Assembly (NCBI RefSeq): GCF_006345805.1 | Contig: NC_043009.1 | Span: 25,048,001 to 25,112,000 of the forward strand | DNA length: 64,000 nt | Direction: 5' to 3' | Origin: Octopus sinensis | Lineage: Eukaryota | Shown: positions 1 to 14,044 of the stretch, in pieces | Layout: each line of letters begins with the position of its first letter | How positions within the stretch are numbered: the stretch's first letter is position 1 | Notes under the pieces: generated by a model | Database searches by the model: none | What the model saw: the letters and a program-made list of their open reading frames with translations, nothing else | What the model was told of the DNA's origin: nothing | Translations under genes and position numbers: made by a program

Positions 1-2425
1 TAGCGAACCAGATGGCTGCATCAGGCTCCAGTCTTGATCTGGCAGAGTTTCTACAGCTATATGCCCCCTAAACGCTAAAGGGTTAAAGTGATTTAAATCA
101 TAATCCTCCATGAAATTTCCATGTTATTTCCTGTTCCAAAACACCAGACTAGTAATAATGATAGAGTTACATTAGTAAATTCTTCATTTTTTTTTTTTTT
201 CAAAATGAACTGAAACAACAGCAGCACATTTCAACAGAGATTTGGTAACAAAAACGACCAAAATACTGTATGACTAACAGGTTATGTATTCTGTAACTCA
301 GTAACTTATCTGAGACTGCCCCATGGTTCCATGATACAGACTTCTGTCTTTTTTTAAAGCAATCTAAATCGAAACCTTCCTTGAAAATGTTGTGTTAATT
401 TTATGATCAAAAAATACCAGGTTAACAAAGATTAAGTTATCTTACTAAATTCTTTATTATTGCCAAGATAAATTGAAACAAACTTTAGAGGATTTCCACA
501 GAAATATGGGCACTAAAAAGTTAATCAGCCAATCACAAGACCAGAATCAATTCCTGATAAAAGCTGCAACAGGTGGATCAGAAGAGGAAAAAGGGGTTGT
601 GATGGCATGTTACAACAGTTGAAAATGATGATGATGATCTAGATTACAATAGAATTGGTGTTCCTTTCTCCCCTCAAATCTATTGTCTTGTACACTTGTA
701 CTATTAATTTTGAGTTCAAATCCTGCTGAGGTCAACTCAGGTTTTCATCCCTACAAGGTTGATAACATAATTCAAGTATTGGAGTTGAAATAAAGTAAAA
801 CCAAATTTCCAAATTTCTGGTAATGTACTCAATTGACACAATTCTAATTTTTAAAAAAGGGGCAGATGATTGTCAGAGTTATCAGAACTTCAGAAAAAGT
901 ACCTGGTAGGAATAGTTCCAGCTCTTTACATTCCGAGTTCAAATTCTGATGAGGTCAACCACAAATTGCCCCTGTGAACAAATCTGTTTTCTCCACATCA
1001 TCAATATTTATCGAAAAGAATAGCCGCCAGAATTGCACTGCTACAGCATGGCATAGCACCAGTGCTGTCACAGACCCAGCAGTCAAAATTCAGGGATTTG
1101 GATTAAATACAGCTGACTATTATTATCCCACCCGATCCTTTGAAAGTTCTGCCAATCCAAGAAGCTGAATCAGTACATTTTCATCGATCCTGATATAATG
1201 AAGGACAAAAACAACAGGTTTCCTTTATATGAAGATACTTGCCCAAGGTGTCACACAATGGCTTCATGCTTTTGCTTGATAGCACATACATACACATCCG
1301 ACGAACAGGAACATGAAACTCTGAGTAACAGTTTTAGTGATACTTCTGCTGCTTTTAAATACACACACACACGTACACAAACCACACATATGTACATACA
1401 CACACATGTACACACAAACATATACACACACGTACATACAAACATACACTTGTACATACACACACACATAAATTGGATTCATAAGTATAAGGGTATCTGT
1501 AGATACCCCTATATAACTGAACCAATAAATTACTGTTTAATTAATTCAATAACCTCCACCCCAGCGACATTCCAAGGAAAAGGCAAAGTTGATGACACAT
1601 TGGCAGAGAAGTAAAAAGATAGAGACTCACATCAAAAGGGAGTGAAATATTTCAGTAATATTGATATATGAGTGTGTGTGTGTGTGCATATATATATATA
1701 TATACACAGACACATATATATAGGTAATGTAAGATAAACAGAATATCGTATGAGACCCAACTTGCCTCGGTCATTAACAAACACATGTTGGATAGTTTGT
1801 TTTCAATTAAAATTCTTTCATTCCGTTTAGACTTTCTTTTTCTTCTTCCACCATCTATTTATGTATATGATGCATGGATAACAGTGTGTATGTATACATA
1901 TTATATATATATACACAAAGCAGGGTCTGGGGGTGTGATATGTCAATGTGTAATTAAAATAATTTATTTTTTATTTAATTTATATAGTGTTATTCAATAC
2001 CCTGTCAAGGGTGAAATGATTAACTAAACAATTATATATACATACATGTATGTGTGTGTGCAGGTGTGTATATAATATATATATATATATATATATATCT
2101 ATATATATATATATATATATAAATATATTATACATGCATGTACATATACGTGTGTGTGTGTATGTGTGCATATAGGTATACATATATATTATACATACAT
2201 GTAAGCATCTATGCACAATCTTGAACCCTGAATATGGTAGACATTTTTTAATTTATATATATACACGTTAGGCATTCAGAACCACATCAACATATATCAA
2301 CACAAATACAGATAGATAATTAGTTTTTAATTCAACCAAAATTAATTAAAATGTGTTTATGTACATGTGTGTGCATATATGTGTTTGCGTGTATGCAAGC
2401 ATATGTAAGTTGCAAGTATATATAT

Positions 2426-2830
2426 AGGCACAGGTATGGCTGTGTGGTAAGTAACTTGCTTACCAACCACATGGTTCCAGGATCAGTCCCACTGTGTGAC
2501 ACCTTGGGCAAGTGTTTTCTACTATAGCCATGGGGCGACCAAAGCGTTGTGAGTGGTTTTGGTATATGGAAACTGAAAGAAGCCTGTCACACATATATAT
2601 AAATACATGTATATATGTGTGTGTGTATATTTGTGTGCCTGTGTTTGTCCCCCCAAGATCACTTGACAACCGATGTTGGTGTGTTTATGTCCCCGTAACT
2701 TAGCGATTCGGCAAAAAGGCCGATATAATAAGTACTAGGCTTACATAGAATAAGTTCTGGGGTTGATTTGTTCGATGAAAAGGTGGTGCTCCAGCATAGC
2801 CGCAATCAAATGACTGAAACAAATAAAAGA

Positions 2831-2832
<2 letters not shown>
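2426..2832 (+). mobile_element. tRNA-derived SINE, family A (full-length copy)
   Basis: Pol III A-box-like TGGCTGTGTGGTAAG and B-box-like segment, central CCTTGGGCAAGTG, internal (TA/TG)n, and 3' tail GGTGCTCCAGCATAGCCGCAATCAAATGACTGAAACAA. More than 15 related copies are visible in the window. Confidence 0.85.
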
Positions 2833-2905
<73 letters not shown>

Positions 2906-3191
2906 GTACTTTAGTATCTATGGCCAGATGCTCTTCCTGATTCTAACAACTCTGAAAGTACCAGGTGCACTTTGTTGTGGTATCAACCACCAAAGTATTC
3001 AGGAAATATAGAAACATGTTTCTCCCTTTCTCTCTCTGTATGTGTGTTTGAGTGTATATAATACACACACACATGCAGAAAACTTTAAAACAAGACACAT
3101 GTACTCATATATTTATAGTACATACATATACACACATACATATGCATGTGTATTTATTATAATAAACAAACACATCGCCTTCCATGCTGGC

Positions 3192-3227
<36 letters not shown>

Positions 3228-3649
3228 CATATATATTGTTTTTTTGTACACTTATAGTAAAACAGTACAACACTTTTACATTAATCTGATGGATAGCTCT
3301 AATTTTGACGAGTACAAATTTATCATTCTTAAACGAGAAAATTATTGACAGTGATTTCAAAGTTTTGGTCAGCCACGCCATCATCGGACACACACACACA
3401 CTGAAATGTTTTCCTCTTAGTTTCTTTATAATGAATAATGAAGTTTAGACAGTATTAATCACAAACAACTCACACACACACACACAATCTACTTATCAAT
3501 CAATTTTTGAAATGACTATGCACTTCGTTAATATCTGAATTCTGATCCCAGCTAGGTCAAATTTAAATTACATTTTAATTTTTTCCAGGCACCAGCATAT
3601 ATAGGTCAAATAATGGAGGTCAGTTCGAATTTGACCCATTTCTCAACAG

Positions 3650-4512
3650 CCAAAGAAGCGGCACAAAGTGCCATGGCACAATCGTTGACATGCCAAAGCC
3701 AAATGCCTGGTGGTATTTTAACCATCCTTTTCAAATTCCACCGAGGTCATTTCGCCTTTCATCTTTTTGAGGTTGATAAAATGAGTACCAGTTATGTACT
3801 GGACAGGGGTTCATGTAAATCAACTTACATCCTTCCCGAAATTGCTGGCCTTGTGTCAAAATTCGAAAACATTATTGTTATTATTATTATCAAGGTGGCA
3901 AGTTGGAAATGTTGTTAGCACTTAGGACAAAATGCTTAGCGGTATTTTGTCTGCTGCTATGTTCTGAGTTCAAATTCTGTCGAGGTCAGCTTTGCCTTTC
4001 ATCCTTTCAGGGTCAATAAAACAAGTACCAGTTATACACTGGGATCGATGGAATCGACTCATCCCACTCCTCAAAATGGCTGCCCTTGTGGCAAAATCCC
4101 AACCCATTATTATTATTATTATTATTATTATTAAGGTGGTAACTTGGCAAAATTGTTAGCGAGCTGGACAAAATGCTTAGCTGCATGTCACCCATCACTA
4201 TGTTCTGAGTTCAAATTCCACCGCAGTCGACTTTGCCTTTCATCCTTTCTGGGTCAATAAATTAAGTACCAGTTGAATACTAGGGTTGATGTAATTCACT
4301 TAGTTCCCTCCCTTAAATTTCAGGCTTTGTGCCTATCGTAGAAAGTATTATTATTATTATTATTATCATCATCATCATCATCAAGGTGGCCAGCTGGTAG
4401 ACTCACCAGCACGCTGGACAAATTTACATTGATCCCAGTTGAACACAGGGGTCAATGTAATCAACTCACCCACTCTCTCAAAATGACTGGCCTTGTGCCA
4501 AAATTTGAAACC
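3650..4512 (+). mobile_element. Head-to-tail cluster of ~4 SINE family B copies (Deu/Nin-domain-like)
   Basis: Repeated AAGGTGGC..GCTGG..GTTAGC head, TTCTGAGTTCAAATTC B-box and GCCTTTCATCCTTTC..GGTCAATAAA..AGTACCAGTT core. Copies are separated by (TTA)n/(TCA)n tails. Confidence 0.8.
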
Positions 4513-4807
4513 ATTATCATCATCGTCTTTTTTTTTTATTTATCTATTTACCATTATCTTCATTAAATTAGTGACATAATTATCTCATTATTGACATTTT
4601 TTATTCTCAACATTATTGATCTTACTATCATCATTATCATCATTGTTGATTATAATCATAACTATCATTATTGAAGTTGCTGCTGTCATCAATATCATTA
4701 TTATTGTTGATTATTATCATTACTATCATCGTTCCTGACGTTACAGATATCATTACTGCTGTAATAAGCATCATAATTACTGACAACATCATTATTATTA
4801 ACAGATG

Positions 4808-4840
<33 letters not shown>

Positions 4841-4864
4841 CATGTATATATATATATATATCAT

Positions 4865-5040
4865 AATTTAACATCCGCTTTCCATGCTAGCATGGGTTGG
4901 ATGGTTTGACTGAGGACTGGCAAGCCAGAAGGCTGCACCAGGCTCCAATCTGATTTGGTAAGGTTTCTACAGCTAGATGCCCTTCCTAATGCCAACCACT
5001 GTGAGTGTGTAATGGGTGCTTTTTATGTGCCACCAGTATG
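4865..5040 (-). mobile_element. RTE-related short element (GGAAGGGCATC domain, AACCCATGCTAGCATGG tail)
   Basis: Same 3' module as at 8222-8430, 11930-12068 and 44745-44915, where it terminates an RTE ORF-bearing element. Confidence 0.7.
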
Positions 5041-5053
5041 GGATCCAGTCAGG

Positions 5054-5200
5054 CACCCACATGGTGCCATATAAAAGCATCCACATGGTGCCTCATAAAA
5101 GCACCCATGTGGTGCCATGTAAAAGCATCCATGTGACCCCACATAAAAGCATCCATGTGATCCCCACATGAAAGCATCCATGTGGTGCCATATAAAATGC
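5054..5200 (+). repeat. ~23-bp tandem minisatellite (GTGGTGCCATGTAAAAGCATCCAT-like, ~6 units)
   Basis: Direct reading. The unit resembles the GGTGCCACGTAAAAAGCACCC motif of the RTE-related family. Confidence 0.75.
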
Positions 5201-5297
5201 TAAAGAGTTAATAGGCAGATTAATTCTAGAGTTGTACAATTCCTTGCTCTGTTGTACACAGTGGTCCTCTTTTAGGGGCATTTCAATAATATGTGTA

Positions 5298-5485
5298 TAC
5301 AAGTGGGTGCTGAAAAGTACCTAGCTTTGGGTAAAAGAAAATACAGAAGGATCAGTTAATTATGATTTTATTCAACATACTCCCTTCTTAGATTCGCACA
5401 CTTATTGCAGTGGTCCTTCAGATTTTCAAAGCTCTGTAAAAGAACTCTGAAGTTTGGGCCTCCAGCCAGGCTTTTCATAACAGCC
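5298..5485 (-). mobile_element. mariner transposon 3' remnant
   Basis: TA-flanked TIR-like TACAAGTGGGTGCTGAAAAGT. The minus strand gives a degenerate mariner C-terminus. Homologous to 46375-46550. Confidence 0.6.
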
Positions 5486-5489
5486 TTAA

Positions 5490-5798
5490 CCCTTTCGTTA
5501 CTGTATTTGTTCTGAAACGGCTTCAGCCAGGATGGTACCAAAAGGATTAAGAATTGTTTCTCTATTATATATTTTAACCCTTTCGTTACTGTGTTTATTT
5601 TGAGATGGTCTGCGTTTCTTTCAATTATTTCAAATATAACAAAGGATTTAGTAAAATAGTTTAGTTATCATTCAGCTAGTGTTAGGAACATAAATTGTGA
5701 CAAAGGTTTGGTGGAAGATTTTAATTCAAATCTTACGCAAACAAGACATTTGTACTATAGAGTCAGAAGCGGTTTCAGCCAGGTTCATATCAAAAGGG
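5490..5798 (+). mobile_element. Two TTAA-type (piggyBac-like) MITEs: a ~57-bp deleted copy (5490-5546) and a ~220-bp copy (5578-5798)
   Basis: TTAA|CCCTTTCGTTAC termini. Both end in ATCAAAAGGG or ACCAAAAGGA|TTAA and are homologous to 7645-7865. Confidence 0.65.
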
Positions 5799-7439
5799 TA
5801 CTTTCCAGTACCCTCTCATATCGTCTCTTTTCATGTAACCCATCCACCCTTGGCAAGCTCCAGACTGACAGGTGTCTTATGAGTAAATTTGACACATGGA
5901 AACGACAAAAGTACATCATGCATATGTCAGTGTGTGCAAATCTATGCAAGTTTAAATCTTTGTGTGTGTGAGAGAGAGTAATTAAATTATTAAATACTAT
6001 GAGGAACTGTATTAGAAAAATAAAACCGTTAAAATATTTGGTGTGTTGTACAAGTGTAAGTAATTTGTACTTTTATTCTTGTCCGGTTCCGGATCAATCC
6101 TCAAATCTAATCAGTTTGTGCTAATCACATGGCCAAGATCATTACCTGCCAGGGTTAATGAAGAATATTAAAACTGACCATACACTTCACCTCAATTCTG
6201 GATGGATTCAGGGGAAACTTTCAGGGATGCTTGGCTGAAACACTAAACAGCATTTCTTCCAACTTTACATTCACAGATCAAAATCTGTCGACATTGATTT
6301 TGTCATCCTTTAGGGGTCGATAAAATAAGTCAACAATTGAACACTGGGGTCACTGTAATTGAGTAGCCCCCTCCTGCCAAAAAGAAAAACTTCAGGCCTT
6401 GAGCTTATGATCGAAAGGATTATCATCATCATCATCATCATAAGTGTACAATTTATTAAAGATTGAAAAACCATGTGTATCTTAATTGTAAGAGCTTATT
6501 GTAGGCAAAGCACCACCATTTATACAAATGGCGCAGCTCTTTTACAGCTCTCTCCAATGGTAAGTCTGAGCTGTCCATTGTTTGATAGACTGAACGAATT
6601 ATTATCTTGCTTGGAAACAGGTGAGAATTAGCATCGAGAATGGTATTCTGCTATTAAACATTCTGCCTCAACAAAGTCTTGTCTGAACCCAACCAAGCAT
6701 AGAAACATAGACACTGAACAAATAATGATGATGATGATGATGATGATGATGTTTTAGAACAATCTGACTCTTTGACCAGCTAAATTCTGTGTATGAAGAA
6801 TGTAATGATGCTTACTTTACACATTCATCATAATTTAATCCATTTTCTCACCTTCACTTCAAGAGTGAAAGAATGGTAAAAGAACCGACCAAAAAAGCTT
6901 AATTGATGATTCCAATAGATTTATATTGATTGCCTTTCAGCTTTTTATTGTATTTTCTTTTTGGTTTAGAAACAATTATCATCATCATCATCATATTATT
7001 ATTATTGAGTGAGAGAGCAGCGCATGCCATCAATGTAACACAGGGGTACAAATATACGAAGCCCAGTATACCCATCAATTACTATTATTATTATTATTAT
7101 CATTATTATTAAGGGGTGAGCTGGCTGAATTGTTAGGATGTTGGATGAAATGTTTAGGGGTTACTGTAATCAACTTACCCTCTTGCCCAAACTTTTATGG
7201 CCTTGTGCCAAAATTTGAAGCCAATTATTATTACTTTTTTTTTTGTGCTGTAACTCGCCCTTCGATATTGTCCTCCATGTCTTGGGCTCTTGTGGCCAAT
7301 AAAAGAAATCATCATTATTATTATTAAAAGGTGATGAGCTGGTTTCTACCCTTTACCCTTTTAATCTGATAGAGATTTATACAACATGTATGAATTGTGT
7401 TGTTTTATTTTATGAGGTACTTAATGTATTCTAGTAAAA

Positions 7440-8100
7440 GAGAGTGGCAAGTGGTTAGGGTAGTTGGCTAATGATTATAAATATCATGAGTTCAATCCCT
7501 GGCAGTAAAAAGTGTCCTTGAGTGAAACACTATTTTTTGGTGCTCCAGTTCACTTAGCTAGCAAAAATGAGTGGTACCTGTTTTTCAAAGGGCCAGCCTT
7601 GTCACATTCTGTTCCATGTTGAATCTCTCTGAGAACCACATTAACACTTTTGTTACCATATTTCTGTTGAGATGCTCTGGGTTTCTTTCAATTAATTTTA
7701 AATATAACAAAGAATTTAGTAAAATAACTTAGTTATCATTAAGCTAGTGTTAGAACATAAATTGTGACTAAGGTTTGGTGGAAGGTTTTAATTCAGAAAT
7801 TTTGTAAACAAGACATTTGTACTACAGAGACCAAGGCAGTTTCAGGCGGGATGGTATCAAAGGGGTTAAGGGTATGCATGTCTGTGGAGTGTTCAGCTAC
7901 TTACACAATAATTTCATGAGCAGGCTGTTCCGTTAATTAGATCAACTAGAACCTTTGTTGCCATAACTGACGGAGTGCCATACACATGTATGTGTGTGAG
8001 TGTTTGAGGAGTGCTTGGCTACTTGCATGTTAATTTCATGAGCAGGCTGTTCCATTGATTGGATCAACTGGAACCCTCATCGTAATAACTGATAGCATAC
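7440..8100 (+). mobile_element. tRNA-derived SINE, family C, interrupted by a MITE and with a duplicated 3' part
   Basis: TGGCAAGTGGTTAGGG A-box, GAGTTCAATCCC B-box and GTGTCCTTGAG core. Related copies at 17435-17660, 24880-25050 (-) and 26992-27270. Confidence 0.65.
7645..7865 (+). mobile_element. piggyBac-like MITE with TTAA target-site duplication
   Basis: TTAA at 7641-7644 and 7866-7869. Removing the element restores the host SINE (GAGAACCACATTAAGGGTATGC). Another copy lies at ~14630-14845 (-). Confidence 0.7.
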
Positions 8101-8221
8101 CAGTAATTGAAAATACTTATGCGTGTGGTTTGCTTGCATCAAAGCAATATTAATTGCTTATACAGACATACTCAAACATGCAGGATGTCTGAGCCTTCTC
8201 AATATCAGACGATCATCAGCA

Positions 8222-8430
8222 TCATCATTGTTTAACGTCCGTTTTCCGTGCTAGCATGGGTTGGACGGTTCAACCAGGGTCTGGGAAGCCAAGAGGCTGC
8301 ACCAGGCTCCAGTCTGATCTGGTAGTGTTTCTACAACTGGATGCCCTTCCTAACGCCAACCACTCCATGAGTGTAGTGGGTGCTTTTTACATGCCACCGG
8401 CACAGGTGCCAGGGGAGGCTTGCAGCAGCC
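8222..8430 (-). mobile_element. RTE-related short element with (ATG)n tail
   Basis: Matches the 44745-44915 terminal module. Confidence 0.7.
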
Positions 8431-9204
8431 ACGATGTTGTAAATAAATGTCATTCTTTTCCAATATTTTGTGATAATTTGTCTGACCACAGAGAGAAAAA
8501 ATATTTCTTGTTTGGAAGGAAATCATTAAGGGTTACCAACAGAAAAGGCATCCAGTTCCAGAAAAGTCTGCCACAATAGAATCCCATCAGGTCAATGCAA
8601 GCATGGAAAAGTGGACATTAAAATGATGATGATGATGATGGTGATGACGGTAATAATGATGATGGACTCAAAATTCCAAAGGGGAGAGAAGGAAAAGGAA
8701 GCTGTGATAGTCACAACCCCCACCACCACTAACACCACTAAACCCACCACCACATCATTTAAAACCAAAGATATTAATTGCAGTTATAAACAGTGTAATT
8801 AAACGAGTTAATTAGTATTTCTTACTAATTGTGGACTTAGTAAAAAACAAGAAAGAAAAAAAAGGAAATTCTGTTAGCTAATGTACAAACCCATGTATGT
8901 GTGTGTGCATGAATGAATGCATGCACACATCTAACACGTGCATATCAGCATCAATTTTGACTTGAACTTTTCCATACTTGCATAGGATGGACAGCATTTG
9001 CTGAGGTAGATTTTCTCTGACCGATGCCCTTCCTGTCCCAAATCAGACCTTTTTCCAAACCCAAGCAAGGTAATGCTTCCTCATGAGCAGAACATATTTC
9101 CACAGTATCTAACAAACAAAGGACACCGCCTGTATAACAGTGACACTTCTTTACAACTACTGCATGATGGCAAGGCAACATACAGAAATACACATATCAT
9201 ATAT

Positions 9205-9600
9205 TCTTTTATTCTCTTACCTGTTTCAGTCATTTGACAGTGGTCATGCTGGAGCACTGCCTTGAAGGGTTTTAGTCAAATGAATCAATCCCAGAGTTTA
9301 TTCTTGATAAGCCTGGTACTTATTCTATCACCCTCTTTTGCCAGAGGATATAAACACACCAACACCAGTTGTCAATTAGTGATGGGGGACAAACAGACAC
9401 AAAGACACACACACAGAAATATATACATATATATATGTATTTATTTCAGTTTCCGTTTACCACATCCACTCACAAGACTGTAGTCAATTTGAGGCTATAG
9501 TAGAAAACACTTGCCCAAGGTGCCACAGAGTGAGACAGAACCTGGAACTATCTGGTTGGGAAGCAAGCTTCTTACCACACAGCCAACCCTGTGCCTATGC
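9205..9600 (-). mobile_element. SINE family A (diverged copy)
   Basis: Tail TTTCAGTCATTTGAC..CATGCTGGAGCAC and head CTTGCCCAAGGTGCCAC..ACCACACAGCCA. Confidence 0.8.
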
Positions 9601-11529
9601 ATAATTACCTATATATATACGTACCCCTATACAGGTAATAATGATTTGATGGCGGGAATGAGCTTATGTGTACACAAACATTTGATCACTATATACAAAT
9701 CATCTGTATTGTTGTTCTGTAAAAAATTACATGCATCGTCTAATGACGGGCGAGTCCATGATGTATATATATAATTCTGTGAATAGTGACTTTGAAGTTG
9801 CATCAGTATTTGGTTGACTCTTACACTTGTAGTGAATCCTTTCTCAGTAAATGTTCTGAATTTTTATACTCTTAATAAACATTCATAATTATAAATATAT
9901 ATATGGTGAAAAGGAATTTTCAGATAATGAACCTCACTAAGGAGATCAGAAAAGAACCAAGTCTGCTGGCGATTTGTTGTGCTTGAGAAGACACATCAAA
10001 CTAAGGAGAATCAAACACATGTGCCGGTGCCACGTAAAAAGCACCCAGTCCACTTTGTAAAGTGGCTGGCTAGGAAAGGGAGTGCAGCCATAGAAACCAA
10101 GCCAAAAGCAGATGAGTGGGGCCCAGTGCAACCCTCCAACTTATTCCTGTCAAACCATCGAAAACATGCTAGCAGGGAAAACGGATGTTCAATGATGATG
10201 ATGAGGAGGATGGCAAGGAGGAGGAGGATGTCTCTCTATCATAGTTTACCCTCGCATCACCTGGCACAAAGCCACCTCTCTTTATATACCACTTCCCTTC
10301 CCAGTTGAAGGATCTTGGTCTTGCTGGTTACTTGGTGACCCTGTCGGTGCTGGTGCCACACAAAAAGCACCCAGTACACTGTTAAGCGGTTGGAAAGGTA
10401 TCCGGCCATAGAAACCATGCTAAACCGGATGTTAAATAATGACAGGTGTGCTTATACACACACATATACACATACATACACACACACACACATATACATA
10501 TGTATGTACATAGACATTTACATATACATACCTCCACACACAAAAACATACATACATGCCTACATGGACACACATGACTGGCAAAAGAGTGGGTGTGGGT
10601 GGGGAGACATTGTTTCTGAAAAGTAAAACCAGAGAGAAGACACCTGTCTTTTGTTTCCTGTCCAACAAGTTTTATTCACACTCAGCACACTAGGAGCCTG
10701 AGTGAGTGTTTATGCAAGAGTGTTAAGTGTGGGCGGGTGACCGAGGATTGAGTGAGTGTGATTAGTGACAGAGTGAGAGTGTGTGTGTTTGAGAGGGTAT
10801 GTGAGTAAGTGAAAAAGTGTGTGGGTGTGTGTAGGTGTACATGTGTGTATGTATATATATATATATATATAGAGTATAATGAAGGGAAAATGTTACATTA
10901 ATTAGATATGCAAATTAAGCTTTGTTAATTTTCTTCATTAAAAATAAGTGGGAGGAGTTAGCAATAAAAACCTAAATAAAGAAACCCCATAAAACAATTG
11001 AAGCCATCAAAGATGAACACAGAGAAAGGAAGAGGAGGATAAACAGAATGATGAGGAGGAGGGGGAGGAAGTATTTTTAACTCTTTCTTTAGGTATTCTA
11101 TTTCACCACCAGATGTCTCTGTCTCATTCACTATGAAGGATTTCTGGGTCCCTCTTACAAAGACATAAGGGGTAGGGGTTTGTGGGGTTAAGAGTACTAA
11201 AGGGGACAGTATTTATCTGTCCCCAGTTTAGAGGCGGGGGGGGGCGAGAGGGGGAAACCCAGATAGTTCAATGTCCTACTACTACTACCACCACCACCCC
11301 CTCAACACACAAACAATGTATTTTCCTAATAAAGTAATTTAAAGCACAATCAGCATATAAGGAAGGAAGTGTGAGTGTATATATCAGGAGTGGCTGTGTG
11401 GTAAGTAGCTTGCTTCCCAACCACATGGTTCCCGGTTCAGTCCCACTGCTTGGCACCTTGGGTAAGTGTCTTCTGCTATAGCCCCAGGCTAAGTGGAATT
11501 GGTAGACGGAAACTGAAAGAAGCCCGTCG

Positions 11530-11582
<53 letters not shown>

Positions 11583-11731
11583 ATATATTCTTTTACTTGT
11601 TTCAGTCATTTCACTGCGGCCATGCTGGAGCACCGTCTATACATACACACACCTGGGCAGGAGTCATTATGTATGCATGTATGTTCTTTACCTGTACTTC
11701 ATATGCATCAATATATTCATGTGTATGCATG

Positions 11732-11779
<48 letters not shown>

Positions 11780-11857
11780 ACATAAACAAGTATATGAATG
11801 TATATATTTTTCTGTATGTGTGAATGCCGTTGTGTGTGTGGTGTGTGTGTGTATATA

Positions 11858-11903
<46 letters not shown>

Positions 11904-12914
11904 TATATATATAAATAAATATATATATATCATCATCATCATCATCATCATCATCATCGTTTAACGTCCGCTTTCCATGCTAGCATGGATTGGACGATTT
12001 GATTGAGGACTGGCGAACCAGATGGCTGCACCAGGCTCCAATCTGATCTGGCAGAATTTCTACAGCTATGAAAACACCTGCAGGTCATGAGCTTCTACCA
12101 TTTACGCCAAGCAAATGATTAATCAACAGGTATAGTTGCATTGAGTTTGATTGTAAAGACCAAACTCTAGGCCCTTGATTCGCTGATGTGGTTTGTTGAT
12201 TAATAATTAAAATATGTAATTATATAATTACATATTTCATAATTCCATATTAATGTTTTGTGTTGCTAGGGGACAACAAATATCAGCAAATATTCACTGA
12301 AGGAAAAGGGGCTTAACAATGGTAAAGGGATTAAATTTATAATGTGTTAGGGGTTGACTGTGTCTTCAAATTTCACCTCTCATCAAATCATACACACACA
12401 CACACATATATATATGTAGTCCCACCTTGCATTATATAATGATGACATTGTGTGTATATATGTGTGCGTGTGTATGAATGTGTATATGCATGTATGTACA
12501 TGTGTGTGTATGTATATGTGTATGAATGTGTATGTATGCATGAGTGTATATGTATACATATATGTGTGTATGTGTATATGCATGTATGTTATTACACACT
12601 AATGCACATATAACACCATTTAGTAAAACGCTTGGATGTTAAAACTGAATATTTTGAGGTTTATTCTAAGTCAGAAATCTAAGCAGACTACACATATACA
12701 CATACACACACATATATGTATATACACATATGTATACAGACACCTGTAATACACACACATATATATATATATATATATAATATATATATATAGACACAGA
12801 GATGTATGTACACATTCATATATATACACAAGCCCTGACCCTAACCCTATAAATATACACACTATACATACAGATATACACACAGATTATATGCATATAT
12901 TACATACATGCTTC

Positions 12915-13090
12915 ATCTGCTGTTACGTTCTGAGTTCAAACTCTGCCGAGGTCGACTTTGCCTTTCATCCTTTGAGGGTCAATTAAATAAGTACCAGTTA
13001 TGCACAGGGGTTGATGTAATCAACTTAATCCCTGTGTCTGTCCTTGTTTGTCCCCTCTATGTTTAGCCCCTGTGGGCAATAAACAAATAA
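12915..13090 (+). mobile_element. SINE family B (3' part)
   Basis: GAGGTCGACTTTGCCTTTCATCC core and TTTAGCCCCTGTGGGCAATAAA tail. Confidence 0.75.
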
Positions 13091-13986
13091 ATATTACATA
13101 CATGCCCATGTAACATGTACACACACAAACACACACGTGTATACACACACGTGTATACACACACGTGTATACACACACATACCTACACATGTATGAGCAT
13201 TGTGTTGTCCAGAAACTAGGTGGTTCAATTCTCCTTGTCCCTTTATATCTACGAAGACCCTTTCCTTTCATGTGGTTTGGCCTGTTAGGTTTTTAAGGAA
13301 TTTGAAAAAACAAAAACAAAAAAATAAAATAAACAGCTAGAGGTACTTGTAACTGTACCACCAGCACCTCCCCAAGCCACATATGACCTCTCCCAAAACT
13401 ACCCTAAGAATAAACCCCTTCAAAGAACATCTGAAAAGAATTTAATTCATATGGAGGTGGGGGTGTAAGATTTATTTCACAAGGGAGGAGCCCCTTTCCT
13501 CATAAGTGTACCCCAACATTTCCAAAGGGTCCAAGAAATTCCTGGGCACTGAGTATGATTCAGCCCGCATATTTCTTTCACATAGGTCCTACTCCGAACC
13601 CAAGTCATCATGGCCTGCTAAAAATAGCAGCTGAGCAAAAAACAAAAAATGGCAGTCCATCGATTAGACTGACATGGGTTCCAGTTGATCTTCTCAATGG
13701 AACAGCTGCTCATGAAAATAACATTCAAGTGGTTGAGAGCTCCACAGACGCACATACCCATAACATAGCAGCTAAATGTCACCTCGAATCACATAAGAAC
13801 TGACTTGAGAAAAATATGTAACACTGCATGGCTGTGTGGTTAAGAAGCTTGGTTTGCAAACACTGGGTTTCTAGTTCAGTCCCACTGCACAGTACCTTGA
13901 GCAAGTGTCTTTTAAGACAGCCTTGGGCCAATCAGTGCTTTGGTGAGTGGATTTGCTAGATGGAAACTATATGGAAGTTCATCATA

Positions 13987-14044
<58 letters not shown>

